Origin: Eledone cirrhosa
Lineage: Eukaryota
Direction of reading: 5' to 3'
NCBI GenBank assembly: GCA_964016885.1
Contig: OZ024741.1
Span: forward strand, 66,526,001 to 66,590,000
Length of the DNA stretch: 64,000 nucleotides
Shown: positions 45,201-58,819 of the stretch, in pieces
Layout of the letters: every line of letters begins with the position of its first letter
Position numbering within the stretch: position 1 is the first letter of the stretch
Notes under the pieces: generated by a model
Told to the model about the DNA's origin: nothing
Database searches by the model: none
The model's input: the letters and a program-made list of their open reading frames with translations, nothing else
Translations under genes and position numbers: made by a program

Positions 45201-46411
45201 GTTTTAGAGTCATACGAGTTTTCAAGGAAACACATTTCCTCTATTCTCTAGAGGGCCAGACAGGAATATTGGACTAGTTTCGATGTTATTACATCTCATC
45301 AGCAATATTTACCCATCTTCCGGCTTCTCTGGAGAATTGTAAAAGCACATATCGTTATATGCTTTCTCTATGAAAATTAGTAGTGGGTAGACTAATTTGC
45401 ATAGAACGTGAGTCATTGTACGCACCGGTTCAGCGGAAACGATAAAAACAAATAACGAAACGAAATTAAATTTCGTTTCGCTTCTAACTCACTTTTGTAT
45501 GACTGACGCTTAAACAATTAAGTTAAAGTGTACATCTACATATGTATACGGAAGTATTAGTATGCATATAAATACACACATGTATACATATGTACATGTA
45601 CTCAGCTTTTCACTAGACACTTTACAGTGAGTGTCAGCTAGTCTGTATGTAACCACACAGGCGGACCGGGTTTTAGAGTCATACGAGTTTTCAAGGAAAC
45701 ACATTTCCTCTATTCTCCAGAGGGCCAGACAGGAATATTGGACTAGTTTCGATGTTATTACATCTCATCAGCAATATTTACCCATCTTCCGGCTTCTCTG
45801 GAGAATTGTAAAAGCACATATCGTTATATGCTTTCTCTATGAAAATTAGTAGTGGGTAGACTAATTTGCATAGAACGTGAGTCATTGTACGCACCGGTTC
45901 AGCGGAAACGATAAAAACAAATAACGAAACGAAATTAAATTTCGTTTCGCTTCTAACTCACTTTTGTATGACTGACGCTTAAACAATTAAGTTAAAGTGT
46001 ACATCTACATATGTATACGGAAGTATTAGTATGCATATAAATACACACATGTATACATATGTACATGTACTCAGCTTTTCACTAGACACTTTACAGTGAG
46101 TGTCAGCTAGTCTGTATGTAACCACACAGGCGGACCGGGTTTTAGAGTCATACGAGTTTTCAAGGAAACACATTTCCTCTATTCTCCAGAGGGCCAGACA
46201 GGAATATTGGACTAGTTTCGATGTTATTACATCTCATCAGCAATATTTACCCATCTTCCGGCTTCTCTGGAGAATTGTAAAAGCACATATCGTTATATGC
46301 TTTCTCTATGAAAATTAGTAGTGGGTAGACTAATTTGCATAGAACGTGAGTCATTGTACGCACCGGTTCAGCGGAAACGATAAAAACAAATAACGAAACG
46401 AAATTAAATTT
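33248..46411 (-). repeat. Tandem array of 28 (+32 bp) near-identical 469-bp hammerhead-containing units (retrozyme-like)
   Basis: The ORF track repeats with an exact 469-bp period; only scattered SNPs; (TA)n on the left flank. Confidence 0.97.
33540..33584 (-). ncRNA. Type I hammerhead ribozyme (first of 28, repeated every 469 bp)
   Basis: AATATTG-CTGATGA-GATGT-AATA-ACATC-GAAA-CTAG-TC|CAATATT: canonical core, 7-bp stem I, 5-bp stem II, palindromic ACTAGT stem III, GUC triplet. Stem I extends to 33518-33612. Confidence 0.92.
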
Positions 46412-47112
46412 ACTAGTCCAATATTCCTGTCTGGCCCTCTGGAGAATAGAGGAAATGTGTTTCCTTGAAAACTCGTATGACTCTAAAACCTGGTCCGCCT
46501 GTGTGGTTACATACAGACTAGCTGACACTCACTGTAAAGTGTCTAGTGAAAAGCTGAGTACATGTACATATGTATACATGTGTGTATTCATATGCATACT
46601 AATACTTCCGTATACATATGTAGATGTACACTTTAACTTAATTGTTTAAGCGTCAGTCATACAAAAGTGAGTTAGAAGCGAAACGAAATTTAATTTCGTT
46701 TCGTTATTTGTTTTTATCGTTTCCGCTGAACCGGTGCGTACAATGACTCACGTTCTATGCAAATTAGTCTACCCACTACTAATTTTCATAGGGAAAGCAT
46801 ATAACGATATGTGCTTTTACAATTCTCCAGAGAAGCCGGAAGATGGGTAAATATTGCTGATGAGATGTAATAACATCGAAACTAGTCCAATATTCCTGTC
46901 TGGCCCTCTGGAGAATAGAGGAAATGTGTTTCCTTGAAAACTCGTATGACTCTAAAACCCGGTCCGCCTGTGTGGTTACATACAGACTAGCTGACACTCA
47001 CTGTAAAGTGTCTAGTGAAAAGCTGAGTACATGTACATATGTATACATGTGTGTATTTATATGCATACTAATACTTCCGTATACATATGTAGATGTACAC
47101 TTTAACTTAATT
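46412..47112 (+). repeat. Inverted 1.5-unit (701-bp) tail of the array
   Basis: Reverse complement of the unit, starting at ACTAGTCCAATATT and ending at (TA)n. Confidence 0.95.
46850..46894 (+). ncRNA. Type I hammerhead ribozyme in the inverted tail
   Basis: CTGATGA at 46857-46863, GAAA at 46878-46881, predicted cleavage after C46887. Confidence 0.92.
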
Positions 47113-47192
47113 ATATATATATATATACATGTATATATGTATATATATATACGTATATACACATATATATATATGTATGTATATATATATAT

Positions 47193-48194
<1,002 letters not shown>

Positions 48195-48221
48195 TGTATA
48201 TATACACGTATATATATACAC

Positions 48222-48278
<57 letters not shown>

Positions 48279-48935
48279 ATATATTTATATTACTTTCATG
48301 TGTGTTGATGTATGAATATATGTACACTTGTCTGTATGCAAACACTCATCCCCCACTCACACTTATCTTCATATCTTAGTGGTTCACTACCTTCCAGATG
48401 CTCTTAACAGGCTGATGTTCTTCCAGTTACTGTTGCAAGAACTTGAGATCCAGACATGAGATATCAAGTATGATTCCGGTTAACCAAATTTTCGACTTTT
48501 TCTTGTATCTAAGAATTTACTTCTCTCCTGTTTAGCAAGTGTTTGAAAATATCCTTGATAGTTCTTCTTATCGTGTCCACAAGAGTGTCAGCTACAAAGC
48601 TTGGCTAGATGTGCTTTCACCACATCTGAACACATTGCTGTCCCTCCTCATTAAATGATGGTTGATAACCATAAGTAATATTTGAATAAATCGGATAAAG
48701 TTCCAATGCTTCATATGTAAACAAAGCCTTCTTTACATTTCTGATGTCGCGTTTAAATCTTTTAGAAATATATTAATTACTATCCAGGGACCTTTTGGTG
48801 TAACAGTTAAACGCGCTCTTCCGGCATACGAGAGAAGCGTGGTTCGATTCTTCTCCAGCATCCCTGCCCACCCTTTTTCGTCCCCAGAGGTATTTTACGA
48901 GATTTTATGTAATTATTATTTATGTTTATCAATCA

Positions 48936-49150
48936 GTGGATTGGCAGTATCGGTAGAGGGTCGGACACCATGCTTTGACGCATAGAGTTACGGCCCTTGC
49001 CATTCTGAGTTCAAATCCCGCCGATGTTAATTTTGCCTTTCATCCTTACGGGGTCGATAAAATAAAGCACCAGTAATGTACTGGGGTCAATTTAATAACC
49101 CCCTCCCCCAAAAAATTGCTGGCCTTGTGCCTATAGTAGAAATCATTATT
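48936..49150 (+). mobile_element. SINE (Nin/Deu-core family)
   Basis: Full match to the 376-563 family. Confidence 0.8.
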
Positions 49151-49176
49151 ATAGTTATCAGCACGGGCGTCTATAT

Positions 49177-49230
<54 letters not shown>

Positions 49231-49304
49231 CTTTAAGTTCTTACATCATTCCATAAGCCGAATGAAAAACTTAAATATATAAATGTAAAATATATAAATG
49301 TAAG

Positions 49305-49655
49305 ATCCAGCTCCGATGCTATTGGACGTGTGGTTAGAATGCCTCAGGAAAGAATCGCTGAACAGATTTTACGGGTAAAAACCAACCGACAGGAGACCCA
49401 GGGGAGACTCCGAGCAAGATATTTGGATATCATCCATGAGCTGAACTTGGCTGGTCTCGCTTGGATATTCAGCCGGATTTAGTTGGAGACGGATTCTGAC
49501 AGTTCTGACAGGACTCGCTGGAAGGAGTGTTTGAGGATGCTGCCCCCACGACCCTCTCAGGAATAAGTGGGAGAAAAAGAAGAAGAAAAAAAATAATAAT
49601 ACGAAGAAGAAGAAGAAGAAGAAGAAGAAGAAGAAGAAGAAGAAGAAGAAGAAGA
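49305..49655 (+). mobile_element. RTE-clade LINE 3' fragment with (GAA)n tail
   Basis: Degenerate QLR..GRVVRMPQER...RRPRGR.R.R motif followed by (GAA)n. Confidence 0.6.
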
Positions 49656-50281
49656 GTTATTTACATTTAGTGCTGATTTCAGGAAACATCTGTTTACAGG
49701 CTAGACAAACCATCACCTGCACCACCTGCTACCCCAGCAGACAAGTCCACTAGTCCAGTGTGATTGACACTTCGTTTCACACATTGTCAATTTGATACAT
49801 GAATTTCTAATATATACACTTCAAGTAACCCCCGCATACACTCATTAAATTACTTCCCTGTTCACCCAAGGGATAAAACTTGCCAATATAACATAGCAGG
49901 ACTATTGTCATTGCATTGACAGCTTCTTTCAATCACAGAAACTTTCGTATTCGCTTGATTTCTCGCAAACTACTGACGAGCTTATATTGTGAACATATTT
50001 GATCTTCTGGAGAAACACATTTCCAGTTGTGGTGTACTTGAACACCAGAACATGATTCCATATACTTTATACGCACACACACACACACAGACAGACATAC
50101 AGACAGACATACAGACAGATACACAGACACACAGACACACCCACATATGATGATGTAGACGTCTTAAAACTGATGGTACTCCTGGAGTTAAGTCAAACAG
50201 ATAATTTAATTACTCAAATTCCAAATTATAGGTTAATTGGCCTCTTTCGTTTGGAATCACAACTGTACTCACTCACACAAT

Positions 50282-50334
<53 letters not shown>

Positions 50335-50344
50335 ATATTATATG

Positions 50345-50390
<46 letters not shown>

Positions 50391-50419
50391 TATGCACACA
50401 CACACACATATATATATAT

Positions 50420-50600
50420 ATAATATAGAAATGGCTTCAAAAGGACTAGAACTGTTTCATTCGAAGGAAATCATGAGGTCAGGAAAGCCCTTCGAATGAG
50501 ACAGTGTTAGTCCTGTAGAAGCCATTTCTATATTAAATATTGTATATACTCTGCTATGTATTGAGTACCTTACTTACTGTAGTTACCCCCGATTGAACCC
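50420..50600. mobile_element. Small fold-back element related to the hammerhead fold-back family
   Basis: ~48-bp arms (50421-50468 / 50489-50535) followed by ACTCTGCTATGTATTGAGTAC, similar to the tail at 22000-22025. Confidence 0.55.
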
Positions 50601-50601
50601 G

Positions 50602-50674
<73 letters not shown>

Positions 50675-50742
50675 ATTTAATGAGAAACATGGTCATTATA
50701 CATATTAAATATATTTTGATACCTTAACATTGTATATACAAG

Positions 50743-50800
<58 letters not shown>

Positions 50801-51218
50801 CTGTATATATATATATATATATACTGTGTATATATATATACACACACATATATATATAGTGTGTGTGTGGGTGTGTATGTGTGTGTATATATGTCTGTGT
50901 GTATGTGTGTGCATTATAAATCATATGTTGCAATGTATAGAATTACGCATGCTATACACACATCATTAGTATCACCTATAAACGAAAGGCTACAATATAA
51001 TATATGTATACTCACATGTTTCTGAGAATCAATGTAACGTTAAGAACGAGCTTTAAATTGTAAAATTTAATTTAATATTTAGCCCGTTCTTAATGACCTA
51101 GAGAGGTTTAAAATGTTAATTCAAATAAAATTATTCGCCAGAGTTGCCGTGAGTATGCATATATCACACATACTGTTGCTAGTTTCGCTTGTGGTATATA
51201 TATATTTATATATGTATA

Positions 51219-51254
<36 letters not shown>

Positions 51255-51261
51255 CATACAT

Positions 51262-51391
<130 letters not shown>

Positions 51392-51780
51392 CACACTCGT
51401 AAATATATATATATATGTATATATTTATGAGTGTGTTCAATCATATGTGTATCAATGTGTGTATTTGATGTATATTTAAACATTAATTATAAGCCATCCA
51501 ATACGCATATAAAATAAACTATATGTATTTATATATTCATATCTACCTATCTACCTATCTATCTATCTATCTATCTAGGGGAAGATAGACGTGTTTTTGT
51601 TTCGCTCCTGCATTTTGTCGGAATTTATTACGAGAGGCGGTAGGTTTGTTTAAGTAACTTGTTATTTGTTGTGTTTAAACCCTCGCCTGGGCCTGCAGAC
51701 GTTGGGTAAAATAAATTTCGCCCCTTTTTGGGGCGAAATTTAATAGTTATAAGTTGTCGATAAACAGTCGTTTAGTGAAA

Positions 51781-53610
51781 ATGGACGCCATTAATTCGAC
51801 ACATGCCACGCCCCCCAAGGAAAGTGATAGAGAGAAGGTAGCAGAACAACGCTGTAAGCCTTCCCTCCTCACTCCCGCAAAAGACACCACGGAATCAAAA
51901 GAAAAAATTGTGGAAATGGGTGAAAACCCCAAAAGTAACAATTACACAAACAAGAACAACAATGACAATAACAACACAACCAACAACAGCAACAATGACA
52001 ATAACAACACAACCAACAACAGCAATAATGACAACACCAACAAAGGAAAAAAGCAAGCCAACACGAATAACAACAACAACAACAATGATAACAACACGAA
52101 AGAAAACGGACCCACCGCTGCAGTTTCCTTCGCACAGGCGGTCCGAGAAACGCAGACATACAAGGTACTGGACATCTCGAATGCCAAGAAATTGCTGTAA
52201 GAAGCAAGGAATTGTGTAATTTTCGGGGAAGGTGGGGAATTCACAATTACCTCCCCCGAAGAAATTAGAAGGGACACAGTCCTCAGGACTGTAATCTTTA
52301 GGACAGTTTCCGACACGACTAGGAAACCGGCTCAATTGTCCCAAAGCGAAACTGAGCTGGTCCTAAGTAGTGCCTGGAAGGATATCGTTTTCATACAGAA
52401 AGGGAAACTGTATGGAAGCATATCTGTTTTAATGCAAGATGAATTGGCGGCACGGAAATATTCTGTTTCGCCAATTGTATCCAAAGCATACACCTTTTTC
52501 TCCTCATATTTTGGGAAAAGAACTCAAAAGATAAGAATCTCGTGCATCAGGCCAAATGTGAGCATTTGGTGGGTGCTAACGGGATTCTTAGAAGATGACG
52601 ACACAATCCTTTCGATAGGCGAATCCACCGGGGGCGTATTCGGCGGCAATAGTTCTGGTCCAAATGAGACAGAACGGATAGCAAGAATACCGCAGCGTGT
52701 GTCCCTGGGTGGAGTCGCCTTCATAAACATTTCTGTTGATGGCAGGCGGCCTTCATGCTACCACTGTTCAAGAAGTGGTCACCTGAGGGCTTCCCGTCCC
52801 CTTTTAAATGCACCCCCTCAAAAAAGACGCTTCTGCCCACCCCACACACAACAACCTAACCACCACCACCACCACCACAAGAACCTCAACAACACGAAAA
52901 AATAACAACACAAGACACTGTCCAAACCAACCCCTCCCCACCTAAAACAAATACAAAAGCAACCACAACAAAACCCCAAAATATACCCCTCCCCAACAAC
53001 ACGAACGAGGACCCCTTATCAACGTCACCCAGTGACGACGAGGGAGAACCCTTTCAACCTGTAAAAAGAAAGAAAAGAAGGCACCACATTAACAAAAATG
53101 CAACAAACACACAACCACCAGCACAAACAGAACAAACATCACAAACAAAAAAACCCACCCCTCCCGAAAACATAACACATACTACAAAACGCAAACACAC
53201 ACAAGAACAACAAACAAAAACAAACACAACAAAAACAGTATACATACATCAACACAAACAACAAAACACTTGTGCAAATAATAGACAAAGACCCTTCGGT
53301 GGAAACCGAAGGGAAAATGTTCACCAACGCGGCGACTAAACCGCATTTAAAAATGATTAGGGTCCCAAGGGACACCTACGCAATGTTCAAACAGAACTTT
53401 CCCGAGGACGTGGGGAACCCCTGTACTAGACCTAGCAACCGAGTCCTCTTGAAATGTTTCCCCACCACCACCCCAGACACCCCTCCCCACCACCCACCCC
53501 CACCCACCACACACTGATGTCCCCACCACATCCCAAACCACCAAACAACCCCGCCGACACCCCCATGGAAATTGTGCAGCCTGGTCCCCAGGAGAAGGAC
53601 AGGTAGGTGC
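51781..53610 (+). pseudogene. Tx1-like ORF1, disrupted
   Basis: VSFAQAV motif and CYHCSRSGHLRAS (knuckle with last Cys lost); homologous to copy 1. Confidence 0.8.
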
Positions 53611-53649
53611 ATTTTCCTTTTTCTCCACTCTAAACTCTTCACCACCAAC

Positions 53650-56600
53650 ATGGCTATTATAAGCGTTGGATGTTTAAATGTGCGCCGCCTGGGGATGTTC
53701 TGGAAGAAGGGCAAACTCTTAAATGACCTCAGGTCGCACATAATGGATGTGATAGCTATTTGCGAGTCCAGGATCAGCAGCGAGCACCAACTGGCCCCCA
53801 TCTTCGACGACTTTGAGATCTATGCATCTCTCTGTCAGCCGGGAGGTGGGGGCGGGGTGGTCGTTCTGCTACGAAAACACCTAGGCCTCGCAACACGGAA
53901 GGTACACATGGACTCGGAGGGTCGACTGGTGGTTCTAGACGTAGGCAGTAGTGAAGGTGGAGCCTTCAGGCTGGTGGCAGCGTATGCCAAATCTGGGACA
54001 CCGCGCCCGGCCCTTCTTCCAAAGCCTAGGGACTTCACTGGGAACGTCTCGCTCCTTGCTTTTAGTGGGGGACTGGAATGGTATCCTGGATGCACGTTGG
54101 GACTATGTAGGGGCATGTCCCGATAGAGGGGGGTGTAACAGCCTCAAACGGTTATCGGCCGATTTGATCTGGCCGATAGATATCGACTAGATTTTCCGAC
54201 TGTGCCACTGTGAACGTGGACTAATCGTAGCGGAACATCTAGGTCGTACCTAGATAGGTTCCTAGTTAGAAATAAGGATAGGGACGTATTAAGCTGTCCA
54301 CGAATGTTCATGATTGACTATTCGGATCAGAAGTTGGTGACCGGAGTGGTCAACCTTGATAGAACCCATAGACAAGGACCCGGTTACTGGAAGCTAAACT
54401 TGTCCTTACCGACAAACAAAGCTTACAGTAAGAGGATTAGCACTCTAGTTAAGCAGCGGTTGACGGGGGCAATTGTCAACAGTAGGTGGTGGGGCTATCT
54501 CAAGAGAGAAATTAGAATAGAATCGATAGGTTTTAGTCAGGAATTAGCATCAGATAGGAATAGAACTGAAAGGGAATTGATAGATAGAGAAGAAGCGGCG
54601 ATTAGGAGCGGCAACGTAGCCGGTTGGGGAAGTGGACTTCGGTCCATACCTCGACGGCTTGTCGCGTCTCTCGAACAGGGAGGCGAAGTCCTGCGAGGAG
54701 CCGATTTCAGCCGTTGAGATAGAGGACGTGCTGAGCCAATGCGGCAAACGCAAATCCCCGGGTCTCGATGGTCTTCCATACGAACTATATCTAGCTATGC
54801 CGGACTTGTTCCCCGATCTCCTCGAGGCGGTCTACTGCAACTGGCAACAGAACGGGAGAATTCCATGTGCTGTGACCAAGGGCGTAGTCACGCTGGCGAG
54901 GAAGGACGAGAACAAGGGGGATGACATAGATAACTTCAGGCCCATAACTCTGCTAAACACAGAGTTAAAGTTTTAGGCCAAGGTGTTAGCGAAGAGGTTG
55001 GCGCTTGTCGTCGGGAACCTGGTGGGAGAAGCGCAGACATGCGCAATCCCGTCCAGGTCCATACACGACAACCTCCACCTCATGCGATACATCGTAGAGA
55101 GGGTAGGGAACGAACCCGGCTTTGGTGGGGCCCTGATCAACTTGGATCAATCTAACGCGTTCGATAGGGTCGACCATCGGTACCTGGATGCGGTGATCGC
55201 GGCGGCAGGCTTCGGACCCGTTTTCAGAGGCTGGATTGCTGCAATGCACAGCAGCAACACCTGCTCGAGAGTCAAGGTGAACGGCTACTTCTCAGAGCCG
55301 TTCCAAATCGCGCGATCCATCCGACAGGGATGCCCTCTCTCCTCCCTTCTGTATGTGCTGGCTCTCGAGCCAATACTGTGGAAGTTGGAGCTGTTGCAGG
55401 GAATCCCCTTGGAACCGAGATTGCGGAAAGCGGTGTCGGCCTACGCCGATGACGTGACAGTAATGGTGTTGTGCGCCTCGGAAATCGGGCAGATCGGCAC
55501 CTTACTGGAGGAATACGAAAGGTTTACAGGAGCCAAGCTCAACCGGGACAAGTCCGTCGGTTTGCAACTCGGAACGTGTAGAGGCAAACCGATGCCTTCC
55601 GACGGCGTCGTCGGACGCTGGACGGAGGGACCGGTGAAGCTGCTCGGAGTCTGGTTCGGACCGGAGCTCCAGGTGGAGAAAAACTGGGACGAGGTAACGG
55701 GCAGGGTGTTTGCACTCGCCCAGAAGTGGGCTGAGTGCTAACTATCCCTGAAAGGTCGAGCGGAGGTGGCGAACACTTATATAGCGTCCGTCATCTACTA
55801 GCGCTTGACCGTCGTGCCTTGCCCAGCGAAAACGCTCGCCAAAATGGATCGCGCGCTCTTCCTTTGGAAGAAGCGGGCCCCTTTGGTGAGAAGATAAATC
55901 TGTTGTCAACACCCTTCGAATGGAGGGCTGGGGTTGCCGTAGACACGCATTAAGGCTACGGCACCTCCAGGTATTCCTCACCGGTCAGCCGGTGTGAGTC
56001 CATTTTGTGAGGTGGGCCTTTCCGAGACTCGTCTCACTCACCGAGCTGCAATCTTGGGCCAAGAAAAGACCGAGAAAAGTGGGCGACTGGCACATTGAAT
56101 GTGCCCAGGCGCTCGCGGCTCTCTGGCAAGCGGATCCGGCAATCAGTGGAGACTCAACCTCAACATTCTATAGAGGGTTGGAGCGCAGCAAGTGCGACGA
56201 CGCTCTCGGAGAGGCTCTGGACATGGAGGAAGACGAGCTAGCCAGTCTGTTCGGTAGGACGTTTGACCCGGGACCGATGGACAACTTCCAAAAGTCCCTG
56301 GCAGTGCTACCGAGGAGCTCTACCCGTTCGGGACAAGCTCTACAGACACGGGCGCTCGGGTAGGGACCCCTCGAAGAAGATCTGTCCGAGATGCGTGCGT
56401 GACGAGGAAACTGTCGCGCACGCATTAGTATATTGCCCGGGCGTTGCTGACCTGTGGGGCTATGTCGAACGACTACTGTCGCGGGTGGGACCAATCCGGT
56501 TGACCACTGAGTACATTGTCATGATCAAACCGCCTCCCCACTTAAAAAACGAAGGAGAGGCGGTTTTCCTCTGTGTGATAGCTATGGCGAAAGAGGTTGT

Positions 56601-56799
56601 ATGGTGGACGAGGTTGAAAAGGCTGAGGTCAGACACTTTTCTCTCCGGCCAACAACTGGTCCTTTTTTTCAAGTACCATTTTAGAAGAAGGATCAGAATG
56701 GAGAGAGAGGTGCTCTACCCCAGCAAGTTTTATGAAAGGTGGGTGAAAGTGGCGAGAATGGCCCGAGTGAATGGGACTTCTCTCTATATCAGCCTGTAG
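53650..56799 (+). pseudogene. Tx1-like ORF2 (APE-RT-CCHC), frameshifted, with an internal ~260-bp deletion
   Basis: GDWN, KSPGLDGLP, RQGCPLS, AYADD, CPRC..H...C. The junction at ~54621 skips about 14809-15069 of copy 1. Confidence 0.92.
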
Positions 56800-57037
56800 G
56801 TGAGAGAGGAGAAGAAGGAGGAGAGGAAGGGAGAACCCGCTCTTTGTGCTCCTGAGGAGGGGGGTTGCACATTTTTTCAGGGTGTGTGCGACCCACGTTA
56901 ACGCCCCCTCCCTATTAAGGACTTCGATTGTTGAATTTGATTTGTTATATGTTTTTACACGTCCCTTGAAATGTATGTAAACTCTCCCCTTGTATTTGTC
57001 CCAATCTTTGATGCCCTGGTGGCAAATAAATAGACAG

Positions 57038-57081
<44 letters not shown>

Positions 57082-57204
57082 GTCGTATGAATGCATTTGT
57101 GTCTGTCTGTTTGTATGATGCACCCTCCAGCATCAAGAGAACATTATCTTTTGCTAAGTATGTTTGTGAATGGGACTTGGTTGGTGGTGGTGGTGGTGGT
57201 GGTG

Positions 57205-57520
57205 GATGTGTTTGTGTATCTAGGTAGTTCTCTGTTAAGGGACGGGCGTTCAGATGCAGAAATACATCTTCGGGTTCAGAAGGTAAGAGCTGTATTAAGG
57301 AAATTATTGAAATAGAGAGGCATAATATCGATGACAAAAATAACTGTATGAATGCATATGTGCTGGCAGTTTTGTTATATGGGTGTGAAACATGGACCGC
57401 TCATCATCGGCCCTTCAAGATACTTGAAAGATTGCACCAAAAGTGCTTTCGGCAGATCCTATGTACTAAAAGGAGAAGCATGACACCTAATACAGAAGTT
57501 TTACAAAGATCGGTGTGCTA
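57205..57520 (+). pseudogene. RTE-clade RT C-terminal fragment
   Basis: FVYLGS.L..DG..D.EI..R..K and LLYGCETWT motifs. Confidence 0.7.
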
Positions 57521-57549
57521 ATAACTAATAACTGTATTGTTTCGTTCCG

Positions 57550-58120
57550 GGAACTATGTTGAAAAATAAACCTCATTTGGTCATTCCATGAGAGCATCTT
57601 GGTCAGCCTATGAAGGGGTGATGCTAGAGCTCTGAAATCTTGCATGCATTAATTTCAAGGGCGGTGGATTGGCAGTATCGGTAGAGGGTCGGACGCCATG
57701 CTTTGCAGCAAAGAGTTACGGCCCTTTATTGTCTGAGTTCAAATCCCGCCGAGGTTAACTTTCCCTTTCATCCTTACGGTGTCGATAAAATAAAGTACCA
57801 GTAATACACTGGAATAATTGCTGGCCTTGTACCAAAAGTAGAAACAATTAATTTCAACTCTTCTTATTAATAACTACATTGTTTTCTTTCCAAGGACTAT
57901 GCTGGAAAATAAATCTTATTTGGTCATTTCATGAGAGGATCTTGGTCAGCCTATGAATGCGTGATGCTAGAGCTATGAAATCTTTCATGCATTAATTTCA
58001 GCTCTTCTTATTAATAACTACATTGTTTCTTTCCAGGGAGTATGTTGAAAAATAAACTTCATTTGGTCATTCCATGAGAGGATCTTGGTCAGCCTATGAA
58101 CTTGTCTGCAGACTCTCATA
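57550..58120. mobile_element. Mariner-derived MITE remnant with tandem internal units, interrupted by a SINE
   Basis: Units match the reverse complement of 781-1030; TIR-like TCAGCCTATGAACTTGTCTGCAGACTCTCATA at the right end. Confidence 0.65.
57659..57846 (+). mobile_element. SINE with an 11-bp TSD
   Basis: ATTAATTTCAA at 57648-57658 and 57847-57857. Confidence 0.85.
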
Positions 58121-58650
58121 GATATGGAGCTACAGTATGGCTACAGTCCAATAACCGAACCAGAAAAAGAACAAAATATTCATAGTAGGTTGTACAGACA
58201 ACTTAGCAGTTATCACCAGCGTTTGTTATAACCAACCAAACGAAGTAATTCATTCTGTACTCTATGGTGTTGTGTAACTTTCTTTCGTTCATTATAACTA
58301 ACACCCTCCCCACAGACATATCTAATACAACGGCTGCAGCCTGATGAACGCCCGTTTCCCTCATACCCGTAATTGGTGCAGGTCGATTGCTGTTTAACCG
58401 GGAACTTGGTAAGTAGTGTTGAATGTAAGCTGATGGATTGCGTTTGGTTACGTTTGTGGATAGAACTGGATTGATGTAAAATGGTTACATTCAACTTAAA
58501 CCAATTGGCGGTCTTAGTAAACAGACACTCATACGCATACGCACACGCGCGCACACACACACACACTCATAAGCATACACATACACGTATATATTGTATT
58601 TTATTTGTTATAAAGAGTGGTGTGCTCATGAGAGGTGATGCTATAAAGTG

Positions 58651-58819
58651 CCGTATTTCCCGGCGTCGAAGATGCTATTTATCTCCTAAAATAAGTCTAA
58701 CAAATCTACCATGCGTCCGGGAGGCCGAAGGCTGCTTAATATTTTTTTTTCAAATTTTTGGTTGTCAAAATTAGAGTGCGCCCACGAGGACGAAGCGTCT
58801 TCGGGGTCGGGAAATACGG
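58651..58819. mobile_element. Tc1/pogo-type MITE
   Basis: TIRs CCGTATTTCCCGGC and GTCGGGAAATACGG; TA on the right side. Confidence 0.6.

Larger units (their letters stand above)
51578..57038 (+). mobile_element. Full-length Tx1/L1-clade non-LTR retrotransposon, copy 2, inserted in (TATC)n
   Basis: Homologous to 11737-17516; (ATCT)n on both flanks; AATAAA near the 3' end. Confidence 0.93.

Noticed and set aside
33248-46411. CRISPR array or rRNA/snRNA/tRNA gene cluster
   Set aside because: There are no variable spacers, the context is eukaryotic, and I recognise no 5S, U-snRNA, tRNA or Pol III A/B box sequence in the unit.
33316-46997. Repeated 64-aa and 72-aa ORFs as a tandem protein-coding gene cluster
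   Set aside because: Both start at GTG rather than ATG, show no recognisable domain, overlap on opposite strands, and the 72-aa ORF is broken by a stop in two units. The RNA structure explains the unit better.
48790-48875. tRNA gene (also 58870-58930 on the minus strand)
   Set aside because: A GGTTCGATTC B box is present, but I cannot build a cloverleaf; probably decayed SINE heads.
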